Source: Prevotella sp. (GTDB lineage: Bacteria > Bacteroidota > Bacteroidia > Bacteroidales > Bacteroidaceae). Taken from it: a stretch of 64,000 nt of DNA. This document shows positions 30,335 to 39,867 of the stretch, piece after piece (positions within the stretch are counted from its first letter, which is position 1; each line of letters begins with the position of its first letter). The translations under genes and the position numbers were made by a program. A model generated the notes under the pieces. The model made no database searches. It was not told the origin of the DNA and was given only the letters and a program-made list of their open reading frames with translations. The stretch is from positions 6,688 to 70,687 of the forward strand of contig JBGUJY010000074.1 in assembly GCA_045114185.1 (NCBI GenBank), given 5' to 3'.

Positions 30335-31264
30335 ATGAAAACACCGGAGAAGTTTAAGGAATATATCTGGTTGGTGAACACCATTCGCAAGGCCAGGCGG
30401 ATAACGCTCGCAGAGATCAATGAGCGTTGGATGAGAACGGAGATGAGCGAAGGGATTCCGTTGTCGCGCACTACCTTCTACCGACATAAAGATGCCATAG
30501 AGGATATCTTCGGCATCTACATCGACTGTGATCGTCAGAACGGCTACAAGTATTACATCGGCAATGATGAGGTGTTGCAAGAGGACAGTGTGCAGAACTG
30601 GATGTTGTCCACATTGTCGGTCAGCAATATCATCAGTGAGGGCTTGTCGCTTCAAAATAGAATCCTGCTAGAAACCCCCTCTTCAGGTGGCGAATATCTG
30701 CCGTTGGTGATTGAAGCAATGAAGAAGAATGTGAGGGTAAAAATCAGTTATCAGCGTTATGGTGCAGAAGAATCAAAAGTGCTTGATTTTGAACCTTATT
30801 GCATCAAGTTGTTCGACAAACGCTGGTATATACTTGGACGCTTCCGTAGAGACGCTTCTGAAGGCCGTGAAGCGATTGATTATTTCGCCATTTTTGCCTT
30901 TGACAGAATCAGGGATTTATCATTGACGGATGTGAAATTTGAGATGGATCCCGACTTTGATGCTGCCTCGTATTTCAGTGATAGTTTCGGCGTGGTGGTA
31001 CATGATGGAACAGAGAAGGAACACATCGTTATCCGGGTGTTTGGTCATGAGCGTTATTACTTACGTGACCTACCCATTCATCACAGTCAGCAGGAAATTG
31101 CCCAATATGATGACTATTCCGATTTTGAATTGTCATTGCGTCCCACCATAGACTTCACCCGTCATCTCCTTAGTATGGGCAATACCGTTCAAGTACTCTC
31201 CCCTACCTGGCTTGCTGAACAACTCCGCAAGATGCATCTGGATGCAGTCGGGAAATCCCGATAG
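30335..31264 (+). CDS. WYL-domain transcriptional regulator (wHTH-WYL-WCX)
   Basis: N-terminal HTH (SRTTFYRHKDAIEDIFGI), EPYCIKLFDKRWYIL, FAFDRI, PIHHSQ. Confidence 0.92.
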   Translation: MKTPEKFKEYIWLVNTIRKARRITLAEINERWMRTEMSEGIPLSRTTFYRHKDAIEDIFGIYIDCDRQNGYKYYIGNDEVLQEDSVQNWMLSTLSVSNIISEGLSLQNRILLETPSSGGEYLPLVIEAMKKNVRVKISYQRYGAEESKVLDFEPYCIKLFDKRWYILGRFRRDASEGREAIDYFAIFAFDRIRDLSLTDVKFEMDPDFDAASYFSDSFGVVVHDGTEKEHIVIRVFGHERYYLRDLPIHHSQQEIAQYDDYSDFELSLRPTIDFTRHLLSMGNTVQVLSPTWLAEQLRKMHLDAVGKSR

Positions 31265-31333
31265 TTGCTTTATAAGGAATATCACGGATATTCCCTATCC
31301 TATAAATAGGGAATGATATTCATGATGTAGAAA

Positions 31334-31357
31334 ATGAGGCCTTTGGGAAGGCCTCAT
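31334..31357. terminator. Hairpin between convergent genes, probable terminator
   Basis: ATGAGGCCTT-tggg-AAGGCCTCAT, perfect 10-bp stem; no clear U-tract. Confidence 0.5.
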
Positions 31358-31380
31358 AGGATAGTGTAACGAAACAAGGA

Positions 31381-31433
31381 GAATTACGCAATCAAACTCC
31401 TTGAATTATGCAGTCAAACTCTATGGATTACGC
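31381..31433. repeat. Degenerate 22-bp tandem repeat (about 2.4 copies)
   Basis: gaattacgcaatcaaactcctt / gaattatgcagtcaaactctat / ggattacgc. Confidence 0.7.
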
Positions 31434-31435
31434 TA

Positions 31436-31864
31436 TCAGTGCCTATTCGCCTTTTGTTTGAAAAGGAAGGAGTAGAAGATGTCACCAGCGGTGACGGTTA
31501 GGGATATGTAACGATCTGACGCAGTGTTCTCCGTAAAGGTTACTGTAAGGCGGTTGTTGATCGTCGAGGCAGAAAACCAATCACCTTTGATGTTCCTATA
31601 GTCACCTTTCTCGTAATCAGGAAGGTATTGAATTCCTCCTGTAATGGCATTAGATATCCAAGGGGCACTATAGTTCTTGCAAATGAACGAAACCGTAGCA
31701 CCCTCGGCAGGGATAACGTAATAATCATTATCTACACTCAGTTCTTGTTCCGCACTCCACTTCATGGGTTCCCAGTCACCATCACGGGTTGTTGTATCAC
31801 AACTAGTCAGTCCTGCTATTGACAGAACTGCAGTAATTACAACCAAAATAAAGTTCTTTTTCAT
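31436..31864 (-). CDS. Lipoprotein with BACON/Ig-like domain
   Basis: Lipobox GLTSC; IPAEGATVSF, W..A....N.LTVT..EN..R, FKQ. Confidence 0.65.
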   Translation of the reverse strand: MKKNFILVVITAVLSIAGLTSCDTTTRDGDWEPMKWSAEQELSVDNDYYVIPAEGATVSFICKNYSAPWISNAITGGIQYLPDYEKGDYRNIKGDWFSASTINNRLTVTFTENTASDRYISLTVTAGDIFYSFLFKQKANRH

Positions 31865-31878
31865 ATGTTTCTGTTTAT

Positions 31879-32340
31879 TTACTTTAACACTTTTGACACT
31901 TTCCTCAATTCATAACCATCACCATCATAGACTTCTGCGGAAATATATAGAACCCCTTCATCAATGTTAATGTGATAATAGAAACTGGAGTCGTTAAAAT
32001 ATATAGCAGTACTCGGTTCACCTGTAAATATGGATCTTTCGATTTTCTTAAACGAGTACGTAAATGTACTTGTTGGGATAGGGCTTTGGTCTTCTCTTTT
32101 ATTGACAACCGTTACTTCTCCTTTATTTGTGAATATAACGATGATTTCACCAGCATTGTAGTCAGTTCTACCTCCCCATCCACTAGAATGACTTGCCAAA
32201 TACCATGTTCCAACAATAGCGCTCTTATAATTGTTGTAATCCTTCACGAGTATTACATCATCATCACTATCACTACAGCTGGTCAGTCCTGTAATAGTCA
32301 AAACCGCAGTACACATCCAAAAGATAATAGCCTTTTTCAT
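31879..32340 (-). CDS. Lipocalin-like lipoprotein
   Basis: Lipobox GLTSC; IVGTWYL lipocalin-like motif. Confidence 0.65.
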   Translation of the reverse strand: MKKAIIFWMCTAVLTITGLTSCSDSDDDVILVKDYNNYKSAIVGTWYLASHSSGWGGRTDYNAGEIIVIFTNKGEVTVVNKREDQSPIPTSTFTYSFKKIERSIFTGEPSTAIYFNDSSFYYHINIDEGVLYISAEVYDGDGYELRKVSKVLK

Positions 32341-32483
32341 ATTGTTTGTTTGTCGAAATGAAACTCTTTATTTCTATAAATTCATTAAGTAGTGAAATCT
32401 TGCATGAGAAGGCCATCATTTAACATAGTTTTACAACTATAGCATAAAATCTTCTCTTTAGAGAAAACAAATCGTTTTATTTC

Positions 32484-32737
32484 TTCTCACTTACTCAGAT
32501 TTTTCGTATCTATGGCTCCGCCGAAGATACTATCGTTCGGAAAAACCCAAATAAATTTGGACCATGGGTCCTATTTTGCAGCATCCCAACAATGAAATGC
32601 AAGCATTTATTTGTTTTGCTGCTACAAAATTTATCTAATTGATGAGTTTTGTCACGACTCAACAAATAAAATGCAAGCATTTATTTGTATTCGCTGCTCC
32701 AAAATTTGGTTTTTCGCTCACTAAATCGTAACTTTGC
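32484..32737. repeat. Hairpin-rich intergenic element with nested insertion; carries the phoH promoter
   Basis: Hairpin GTATCTATGGC-tcc-GCCGAAGATAC; AAATTTGG duplicated (32553, 32702); 20-bp repeat aaatgcaagcatttatttgt (32595, 32669); TTTG-N20-TAACTTTG at 32705-32736. Confidence 0.7.
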
Positions 32738-32752
32738 AGAAAAATTAGCGTA

Positions 32753-33739
32753 GTGACAGAGAAACATATCGTTCTTGAAGATATAGACCCGGTGGTATTC
32801 TATGGTGTAGGCAACAGTCATCTGCAGATGATCAAGGCCTTATATCCGAAACTCAGGATCGTTGCCCGTGACAACGTGATTCGTGTATTGGGCGATGATG
32901 AGCAGTTAAGAACCTTCGGGGAACAGATAGAAACCATGCGAAAGCATGTGTTGCGGTTTAATCGCATCAGTGAAGAGGACATCCTCGATATCGTCAATGG
33001 TAAGAAAACCAAAGATGAATCGGTTAAGGGTGTTGTGGCCTATACTATCTCAGGCAGGGCCATCAAAAGCCGAAGCGAGAACCAGCAGAAGCTGATTGAT
33101 GCCTTCGACAAAGATGATATGATCTTTGCTGTAGGACCTGCAGGTACGGGTAAAACCTATCTGAGCATTGCCCTGGCCGTGAAGGCATTCAAGGAAAAGA
33201 TGGCCAAGAAAATCATTCTGAGTCGTCCTGCCGTGGAAGCTGGTGAGAAACTGGGATTCCTGCCCGGTGACATGAAGGATAAGATCGATCCCTACCTGCA
33301 ACCGCTGTACGATGCCCTGGAGGATATGATTCCTGCGGTGAAGCTGCAGGACATGATGGAGAAGCACGTCATTCAGATTGCGCCATTGGCATTCATGCGA
33401 GGCCGTACCCTGAGTGATGCCATCGTGATTCTCGACGAGGCCCAGAACACTACACCTGCCCAGATCCGTATGTTCCTCACCCGAATGGGATGGAACACCA
33501 AGATGATCATCACTGGTGATATGACCCAGGTTGACCTGCCCAATGAAGCACGTAGCGGACTCCGTGAGGCGATGCGGGTACTGAAGGGTGTGGAAGGTAT
33601 CTCGTTTATCGAGATGAACAAGAAGGATATCGTGCGTCACAAACTCGTTACGAGGATTGTGAATGCATATGAGTCGTATGACAAGAATAACAAAGAACAA
33701 AATAAAGAAATAAACAATGAAAGCGTTAACAAGGACTGA
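32753..33739 (+). CDS. phoH: PhoH-family ATPase
   Basis: [40 protein letters not shown] start. Confidence 0.93.
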   Translation: MTEKHIVLEDIDPVVFYGVGNSHLQMIKALYPKLRIVARDNVIRVLGDDEQLRTFGEQIETMRKHVLRFNRISEEDILDIVNGKKTKDESVKGVVAYTISGRAIKSRSENQQKLIDAFDKDDMIFAVGPAGTGKTYLSIALAVKAFKEKMAKKIILSRPAVEAGEKLGFLPGDMKDKIDPYLQPLYDALEDMIPAVKLQDMMEKHVIQIAPLAFMRGRTLSDAIVILDEAQNTTPAQIRMFLTRMGWNTKMIITGDMTQVDLPNEARSGLREAMRVLKGVEGISFIEMNKKDIVRHKLVTRIVNAYESYDKNNKEQNKEINNESVNKD

Positions 33740-34664
33740 TTTCCATTTCGATGGTCAGCAGAGTGTGTATCATGGTAAAGTGCGTGATGTCTATAACATC
33801 AATGACGACATTCTTGTAATGGTGGCAACCGACAGAATCTCGGCATTTGATGTGGTATTGCCCAAGGGTATTCCCTACAAAGGACAGGTGCTGAACCAGA
33901 TTGCAGCCAAGTTCCTGGACACAACAACAGATATCTGTCCGAACTGGAAACTGGCCACCCCCGACCCTATGGTAACTGTGGGTCTGAAATGCGAAGGCTT
34001 CCGCGTAGAGATGATCATCCGCTCGATCCTGACAGGTTCAGCATGGCGTGAGTACAAGAATGGTTGCAGAGAGCTCTGTGGCGTGAAACTGCCAGATGGC
34101 ATGCGTGAGAACGAGCGTTTCCCAGAGCCCATCATCACACCTACGACAAAGGCAGATGAGGGTCATGACATGAATATCTCCAAAGAGGAGATCATCGCCC
34201 AGGGTATCGTCAGCAAAGAGGACTATGAGATCATGGAGGACTATACCCGCAAGATCTTCGCAAGAGGTCAGGAGATTGCCGCCCGTCAGGGTCTGATATT
34301 GGTGGACACCAAGTATGAGTTCGGTAAGCGCGACGGTAAGGTGTACCTGATTGACGAGATCCACACACCGGATTCAAGTAGGTATTTCTATGCTGACGGC
34401 TATGAAGAGAACCTGAAAGCTGGTAAGCCCCAGCGTCAGCTCTCAAAGGAGTTTGTACGTCAATGGCTCATCGACCATAACTTCATGAACGAACCCGGAC
34501 AGGTGATGCCTGAGATTACAGATGAATATGCCGAGAGCGTATCCGATAGATATATCGAGCTGTATGAGCACATCGTAGGTGAGCGCTTTGACAAGGCCGC
34601 CGAGGAAGGCGATATCGCTGCCCGCATCGAGAAGAACGTTAGCGAATATCTGAAAACGATATAA
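33717..34664 (+). CDS. purC: SAICAR synthase
   Basis: [33 protein letters not shown]. Confidence 0.96.
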   Translation: MKALTRTDFHFDGQQSVYHGKVRDVYNINDDILVMVATDRISAFDVVLPKGIPYKGQVLNQIAAKFLDTTTDICPNWKLATPDPMVTVGLKCEGFRVEMIIRSILTGSAWREYKNGCRELCGVKLPDGMRENERFPEPIITPTTKADEGHDMNISKEEIIAQGIVSKEDYEIMEDYTRKIFARGQEIAARQGLILVDTKYEFGKRDGKVYLIDEIHTPDSSRYFYADGYEENLKAGKPQRQLSKEFVRQWLIDHNFMNEPGQVMPEITDEYAESVSDRYIELYEHIVGERFDKAAEEGDIAARIEKNVSEYLKTI

Positions 34665-35398
34665 TGTACAAGCAGGAAGAGATCACCCCCTATCAGGACG
34701 GTCAGGAGAAAGGCAGACAGGTGGAGCAGATGTTCGACAATATCGCACCTACCTATGATGTGTTGAACCACCGTCTTTCTTGGGATATCGATAAGGGCTG
34801 GCGACGGAAAGCCATCAAACAGTTGGTGCCGTTTAAGCCTGAAAAGGTGATCGATATTGCTACTGGCACTGGGGATTTCGCCATCATGGCTGCCCGTATG
34901 CTACAGCCACAAGAGCTGATTGGCGTGGACATCTCTGAAGGGATGATGCAGGTGGCAAGGGAGAAGGTGGAAGCAGAAGGACTCGCAGACACGATCTCGT
35001 TCAAGAAAGACGACAGTCTGGCTCTCTCCTACCCTGATGAAACATTCGATGCGGCCACAGTGGCGTTCGGCATCAGGAACTTCCAGGATCTGGAAAAGGG
35101 ATTACAAGAGATCTCAAGAGTACTGAAGAAGGGCGGTCATCTGAGCATTGTGGAACTCACCCAACCTGCCCGCTTCCCCATGAAGCAGTTGTTCTGGCTG
35201 TATAGTCATACCCTGCTGCCACTCTACGGGAAACTGCTGTCAAAGGACCACCATGCATATAAGTACCTTGTAGCCACCATGGAGGTGTTCCCTCAGGGCG
35301 AACAAATGGTACAGATCCTGCAAAAGACCGGTTTCAGTGAGGCCCGTTTTAAACGACTCACTTTCGGTGTATGTACGATGTATCTTGCTAAAAAATGA
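34664..35398 (+). CDS. menG: Demethylmenaquinone methyltransferase (UbiE/MenG)
   Basis: [24 protein letters not shown]. Confidence 0.92.
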   Translation: MYKQEEITPYQDGQEKGRQVEQMFDNIAPTYDVLNHRLSWDIDKGWRRKAIKQLVPFKPEKVIDIATGTGDFAIMAARMLQPQELIGVDISEGMMQVAREKVEAEGLADTISFKKDDSLALSYPDETFDAATVAFGIRNFQDLEKGLQEISRVLKKGGHLSIVELTQPARFPMKQLFWLYSHTLLPLYGKLLSKDHHAYKYLVATMEVFPQGEQMVQILQKTGFSEARFKRLTFGVCTMYLAKK

Positions 35399-35425
35399 AT
35401 TATACCCATCTAAATATACAGGACA

Positions 35426-36172
35426 ATGGATAAATACGGACTGATAGGCTATCCTTTAGGACACTCGTTCTCGATCAGCTATTTCAACGAGAAGTTCCAA
35501 AATGAAGGTATTAACGCGAAGTACATCAACTTCGAGATACCCACCATCGAAGCATTACCCGAAGTGCTGGCATCAAACCCGGAACTGAAAGGATTGAATG
35601 TGACCATTCCTTATAAAGAAAAGGTGATCAGTTACCTCGACACGGTGAGTCCTGAAGCTCGTGCCATTGGTGCAGTGAATGTGATCCGTATAGATCATAA
35701 AGGTAATGACATCAAGCTGAAGGGATTCAACAGTGATGTGATTGGCTTCACGAAAAGTATCGAACCGATGCTGGAGCCCATCCATAAGAAAGCACTGATC
35801 CTGGGAACAGGTGGCGCTTCGAAGGCCATCGACTTCGGCTTGAAATCCTTAGGATTGGAAACACTCTTCGTGAGTAGGTATGAACGTCCTGGTACCACTC
35901 AGTACGAGAAGATAACACCTGAGGTTATCCACGAATATAACGTTATCGTGAACTGTACCCCACTGGGTATGTATCCCCATAGTGACGAGTGTCCGAATCT
36001 GCCCTATGAGGCAATGGACGAGAACAATATCCTGTACGACCTGATCTACAACCCTGATGAGACATTATTTATGTATAAGGGGCGTCAGAAAGGTGCTACC
36101 GTGAAGAACGGTCTGGAAATGCTGCTCCTGCAGGCTTTTGCCAGTTGGGAACTGTGGCATAGTCAGGATTAA
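35426..36172 (+). CDS. aroE: Shikimate dehydrogenase
   Basis: IGYPLGHSFS, NVTIPYKE, LGTGGA, NGLEMLLLQA. Confidence 0.93.
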   Translation: MDKYGLIGYPLGHSFSISYFNEKFQNEGINAKYINFEIPTIEALPEVLASNPELKGLNVTIPYKEKVISYLDTVSPEARAIGAVNVIRIDHKGNDIKLKGFNSDVIGFTKSIEPMLEPIHKKALILGTGGASKAIDFGLKSLGLETLFVSRYERPGTTQYEKITPEVIHEYNVIVNCTPLGMYPHSDECPNLPYEAMDENNILYDLIYNPDETLFMYKGRQKGATVKNGLEMLLLQAFASWELWHSQD

Positions 36173-36184
36173 AGTCATCAACAA

Positions 36185-37321
36185 ATGAACAAGAGTACAA
36201 CATCCATACTCATCATCGTGGCCATCTCATTGGTGGGAGGAATCTTCATTGATCGAATTATCACCGATGCGTTTGGTTCAGAAATGACCTATTGGCAGGT
36301 CTTCTTCCTGCTGTTTGGTTTGATCGCCCTCGTGTTTGGTGGGTGGTATATGTTTGTTCATCGGGTGAAGAATCCTAATTTGGTGAAACTCGATGAGGCA
36401 TACAATATGAGTCATCCGAGCAAGAAGAAGAAAAAGGATAATGATCTGCCTTCGTTCAAGTTCAACAAGCTGTTTTATGGCGCACTGTTCTGGGCAGTGA
36501 TGTTCTCTACGTTTGCTTCTTGCAGCTATACGATAAAGGATGATGGTGTGGCATTGAACACCAGCTCTAAAGTATGGAATGCCTCTAATATCCCCCTGCC
36601 CCACCTCACTGACGGTCGTCAGTATGTGTCCAACCCTGATTCTGTAATCCGACAGGAGACGGTGGATTCCTTGAATAGTATTTTGTGGGATCTCGATAAG
36701 TCGGTGGGTATTGAATCTGCAGTGATTATTGTGAACTACATTGAGAACCAGGATGCGTTCCGCATGGCTCAGGATGTGGGTAATAAATATGGTATTGGTA
36801 AGAAGGAAACGGATCGAGGACTCGTAATCGTGGTTTCTTATCAGGATCATAAATACTTTATTGCGCCGGGTAGAGGACTTGAGAGTGAGCTGACTGATGC
36901 TGAATGTGGCAGGTTGGCTCGTACCTATCTTACTCCTTATATGCGAGAGGAGAATCCTGATGGTGGTATGCTGTCGTTGGTCAAGGCTACGTATGCGCTC
37001 ACCGTAGAGAAACGAGAACTCGCTGGTCCTACTGAAGACGACCTGACCATTGGTAAGGCGGATGATGGAACGGATCTTCCTACCATGATGACCTCTATCA
37101 TCACCGTTATTTGGCTCATTCTCTATAGCTTACTGAACGAGAAATACAGATGGCTCGACATGAAGAATAGCGGAACAGGCTATACGGGATTCGGTCGTTC
37201 ACGAATGGGTGGCGGATCTGGTAGCTGGGGCTCCTCATGGGGAGGAGGCTTTGGTGGCGGATTCGGCGGTGGCTACGGAGGTGGAAGCTTTGGTGGCGGC
37301 GGTGCTGGAGGCGGCTGGTAA
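36185..37321 (+). CDS. TPM-domain membrane protein with Gly-rich tail
   Basis: YVSNPD, GIGKK..DRGL, GRGLE..LTD; GGGSFGGGGAGGGW end; next to lemA. Confidence 0.85.
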   Translation: MNKSTTSILIIVAISLVGGIFIDRIITDAFGSEMTYWQVFFLLFGLIALVFGGWYMFVHRVKNPNLVKLDEAYNMSHPSKKKKKDNDLPSFKFNKLFYGALFWAVMFSTFASCSYTIKDDGVALNTSSKVWNASNIPLPHLTDGRQYVSNPDSVIRQETVDSLNSILWDLDKSVGIESAVIIVNYIENQDAFRMAQDVGNKYGIGKKETDRGLVIVVSYQDHKYFIAPGRGLESELTDAECGRLARTYLTPYMREENPDGGMLSLVKATYALTVEKRELAGPTEDDLTIGKADDGTDLPTMMTSIITVIWLILYSLLNEKYRWLDMKNSGTGYTGFGRSRMGGGSGSWGSSWGGGFGGGFGGGYGGGSFGGGGAGGGW

Positions 37322-37374
37322 AATAGAGTAAAATAGAAATGAAATATATGTATAACCATTAAAATAAAACGATT

Positions 37375-37962
37375 ATGAAGAAGAGTTATGGATTCTTAGT
37401 GATTATCGCATTGGTCATTCTCTGTTTCTTTTGGGCAAAGGGTGCATACAATGGTATGGTAAAAAATCAGGAAGCAGCTACCAAGGCATGGGCTGACGTA
37501 CAGAGCGCTTATCAGCGTCGTGCTGATCTGATTCCTAATCTGGTGGAGACTGTGAAGGGCTATGCTAAGCATGAGCAGGAGACTTTCCAGAACGTAGTGG
37601 AAGCTCGTACAAAGGCTACGCAGGTAACAGTTGATCCTACCAATCTCACTCCTGAGAAACTCCAGGAATTCCAGGCTGCACAGAGCGAACTCTCTACAGC
37701 TCTTGGTAAGTTGCTCGCTATCCGTGAGGCTTATCCCGACCTGAAAGCCAACGAGAATTTCAAGGACTTGCAGGTGCAGTTGGAGGGTACAGAGAACCGT
37801 ATCAACGAGGCTCGTAACAAGTTCAATACAGCTGTTCAGACTTACAATACGGGCATCCGTTCATTCCCCAACAACATCTTTGCCGGTTTGTTCGGGTTCA
37901 GTCGTATGGATAAGTTCGAGGCTGATGCAGCTGCACAAAAAGCTCCAGAAGTGAAATTCTAA
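37375..37962 (+). CDS. lemA: LemA family protein
   Basis: YQRRADLIPNLVETVKGYA, YPDLKAN. Confidence 0.93.
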   Translation: MKKSYGFLVIIALVILCFFWAKGAYNGMVKNQEAATKAWADVQSAYQRRADLIPNLVETVKGYAKHEQETFQNVVEARTKATQVTVDPTNLTPEKLQEFQAAQSELSTALGKLLAIREAYPDLKANENFKDLQVQLEGTENRINEARNKFNTAVQTYNTGIRSFPNNIFAGLFGFSRMDKFEADAAAQKAPEVKF

Positions 37963-37969
37963 TTGAATA

Positions 37970-39142
37970 ATGGACAACAGATATATGATGCGTGGCGTGA
38001 GTGCGGCAAAAGAAGACGTACATAACGCCATTAAAAACATTGACAAGGGTATATTCCCACAAGCATTCTGCAAGATCATTCCTGATATCTTAGGTGGTGA
38101 TCCTGAATACTGCAATATCATGCATGCTGATGGCGCTGGTACGAAATCCAGTCTGGCTTATATGTACTGGAAGGAAACAGGTGATCTCTCCGTATGGAAA
38201 GGTATTGCGCAGGATGCGATTGTCATGAACACTGACGACTTACTCTGTGTGGGTGCTGTTGATAATATATTGGTCAGCAGCACCATCGGTCGTAATAAGA
38301 TGCTGATTCCTGGTGAGGTGATATCTGCTATCATCAATGGTACCGACGAACTGCTGGCAGAACTCCGTGAGATGGGCGTGGGTATCTATCCTACTGGTGG
38401 TGAAACAGCTGATGTAGGAGATCTGGTACGTACCATCATCGTGGACTCCACCGTTACCTGTCGTATGAAACGCAGTGATGTGATTGATAATGTGAACATC
38501 CGTCCTGGTGATGTCATCGTAGGACTGAGTAGTACGGGTCAGGCCACTTACGAGAAGCGTTATAATGGCGGTATGGGTAGTAATGGACTCACCTCTGCTC
38601 GTCATGATGTGTTCAGTAAGTATTTAGCTGAGAAATATCCAGAGAGTTATGACCATCAGGTACCCGAAGAGTTGGTGTATAGTGGTGGCTGTCGTTTAGA
38701 TACACCTGTTGAGATTGGTAACGGAAATGTGGTTACAGCAGGTGAGTTAGTACTTTCTCCTACAAGGACTTACGCCCCTGTGATCAAGAAACTCTTCGAT
38801 GAGATGCGTCCTGACATTCATGGCATGGTTCACTGTACGGGTGGTGCCCAGACAAAGGTGCTTCACTTCGTAGGTGATAACTGTCGTGTGGTAAAAGACA
38901 ATATGTTCCCCGTTCCCCCACTCTTCCGCTTGATCAAAGAGCAGAGTGGTACTGACTGGCGTGAGATGTACCAGGTGTTCAATATGGGACATCGCATGGA
39001 GATCTATGTACAGCCCAATATGGCAGAACGTGTGATAGAGATTTCCAAGTCGTTCAACATCGACGCACAAATCATCGGTCATATTGAGGAAGGACCGCGC
39101 TCTCTCACTATCCAAAGTGAGTTCGGTACGTTCAACTATTAA
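37970..39142 (+). CDS. purM: AIR synthase, Bacteroidetes type
   Basis: RGVSAAKEDVH, HADGAGTKS, GGETAD, HCTGG. Confidence 0.9.
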   Translation: MDNRYMMRGVSAAKEDVHNAIKNIDKGIFPQAFCKIIPDILGGDPEYCNIMHADGAGTKSSLAYMYWKETGDLSVWKGIAQDAIVMNTDDLLCVGAVDNILVSSTIGRNKMLIPGEVISAIINGTDELLAELREMGVGIYPTGGETADVGDLVRTIIVDSTVTCRMKRSDVIDNVNIRPGDVIVGLSSTGQATYEKRYNGGMGSNGLTSARHDVFSKYLAEKYPESYDHQVPEELVYSGGCRLDTPVEIGNGNVVTAGELVLSPTRTYAPVIKKLFDEMRPDIHGMVHCTGGAQTKVLHFVGDNCRVVKDNMFPVPPLFRLIKEQSGTDWREMYQVFNMGHRMEIYVQPNMAERVIEISKSFNIDAQIIGHIEEGPRSLTIQSEFGTFNY

Positions 39143-39156
39143 TTCACGATTGTATA

Positions 39157-39867
39157 ATGATGCAATACAGGAAGATACTTGTATCTCTCATCGTTGCAGT
39201 TTCTGTTCTGCCAATGGTGGCACAGACACCGCTGAATGAGACAGACGTGTACAACCGACTGATGAGTCGTAAAACGCAAGAAGGATATACCGAAGGAACA
39301 CCATGGGACAATTCCCATCTTTATTATAATAAAGTGGTGTTTGATGGTTACAATCTTGGTTGTTATACTGGCGGAGGTTGCTTTGGCTTTATGATGGACA
39401 TGATGGAGTATGCTTCCAATTATGAGTATCCCATCCGAAAAGTTGAGGGAACGTACGACAATCTTCCAGAGATACATGTTGGTGATGGTGTGCGTTTTGA
39501 GGGTGATTATATCCTGCATGCGGTAGTTGTACTTAAAATCAATGGTTCTTCGGTAACTGTAGCTGAGGGTAATTTCAACAGTTCTGTACATTGGGGACGA
39601 GTTATTGACTTATCAGATGAGTATAACTGTTTCAAATACATTTTCACTTTCTGGCCTGAAGTATCCAATGCCATTTCAACTGGTATAACAGATAATGTCA
39701 ACAACTCCCCCACTCACGATCTGCGTATATATAGCTTGAATGGTGTACTGGTGAAGAGTATTTCTCAGACGGGATTGTCAGTCAAAACTGTATTGCAAGA
39801 ACTTCCCAAGGGATTCTACGTCGTGAAAGAAGCAACGAAAATATATAAGGTTTATAATGGAGAATAA
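39157..39867 (+). CDS. Secreted CHAP/NlpC-like cysteine hydrolase with T9SS-type C-terminal domain
   Basis: Signal peptide; GCFGF, HAVVV, VAEGN..VHWGR; tail IYSLNG...LPKGFYVVK..YKV. Confidence 0.65.
   Translation: MMQYRKILVSLIVAVSVLPMVAQTPLNETDVYNRLMSRKTQEGYTEGTPWDNSHLYYNKVVFDGYNLGCYTGGGCFGFMMDMMEYASNYEYPIRKVEGTYDNLPEIHVGDGVRFEGDYILHAVVVLKINGSSVTVAEGNFNSSVHWGRVIDLSDEYNCFKYIFTFWPEVSNAISTGITDNVNNSPTHDLRIYSLNGVLVKSISQTGLSVKTVLQELPKGFYVVKEATKIYKVYNGE

Noticed and set aside
37205..37321. GGC/GGT-rich repeat
   Set aside because: Normal Gly-rich tail of TPM-domain proteins
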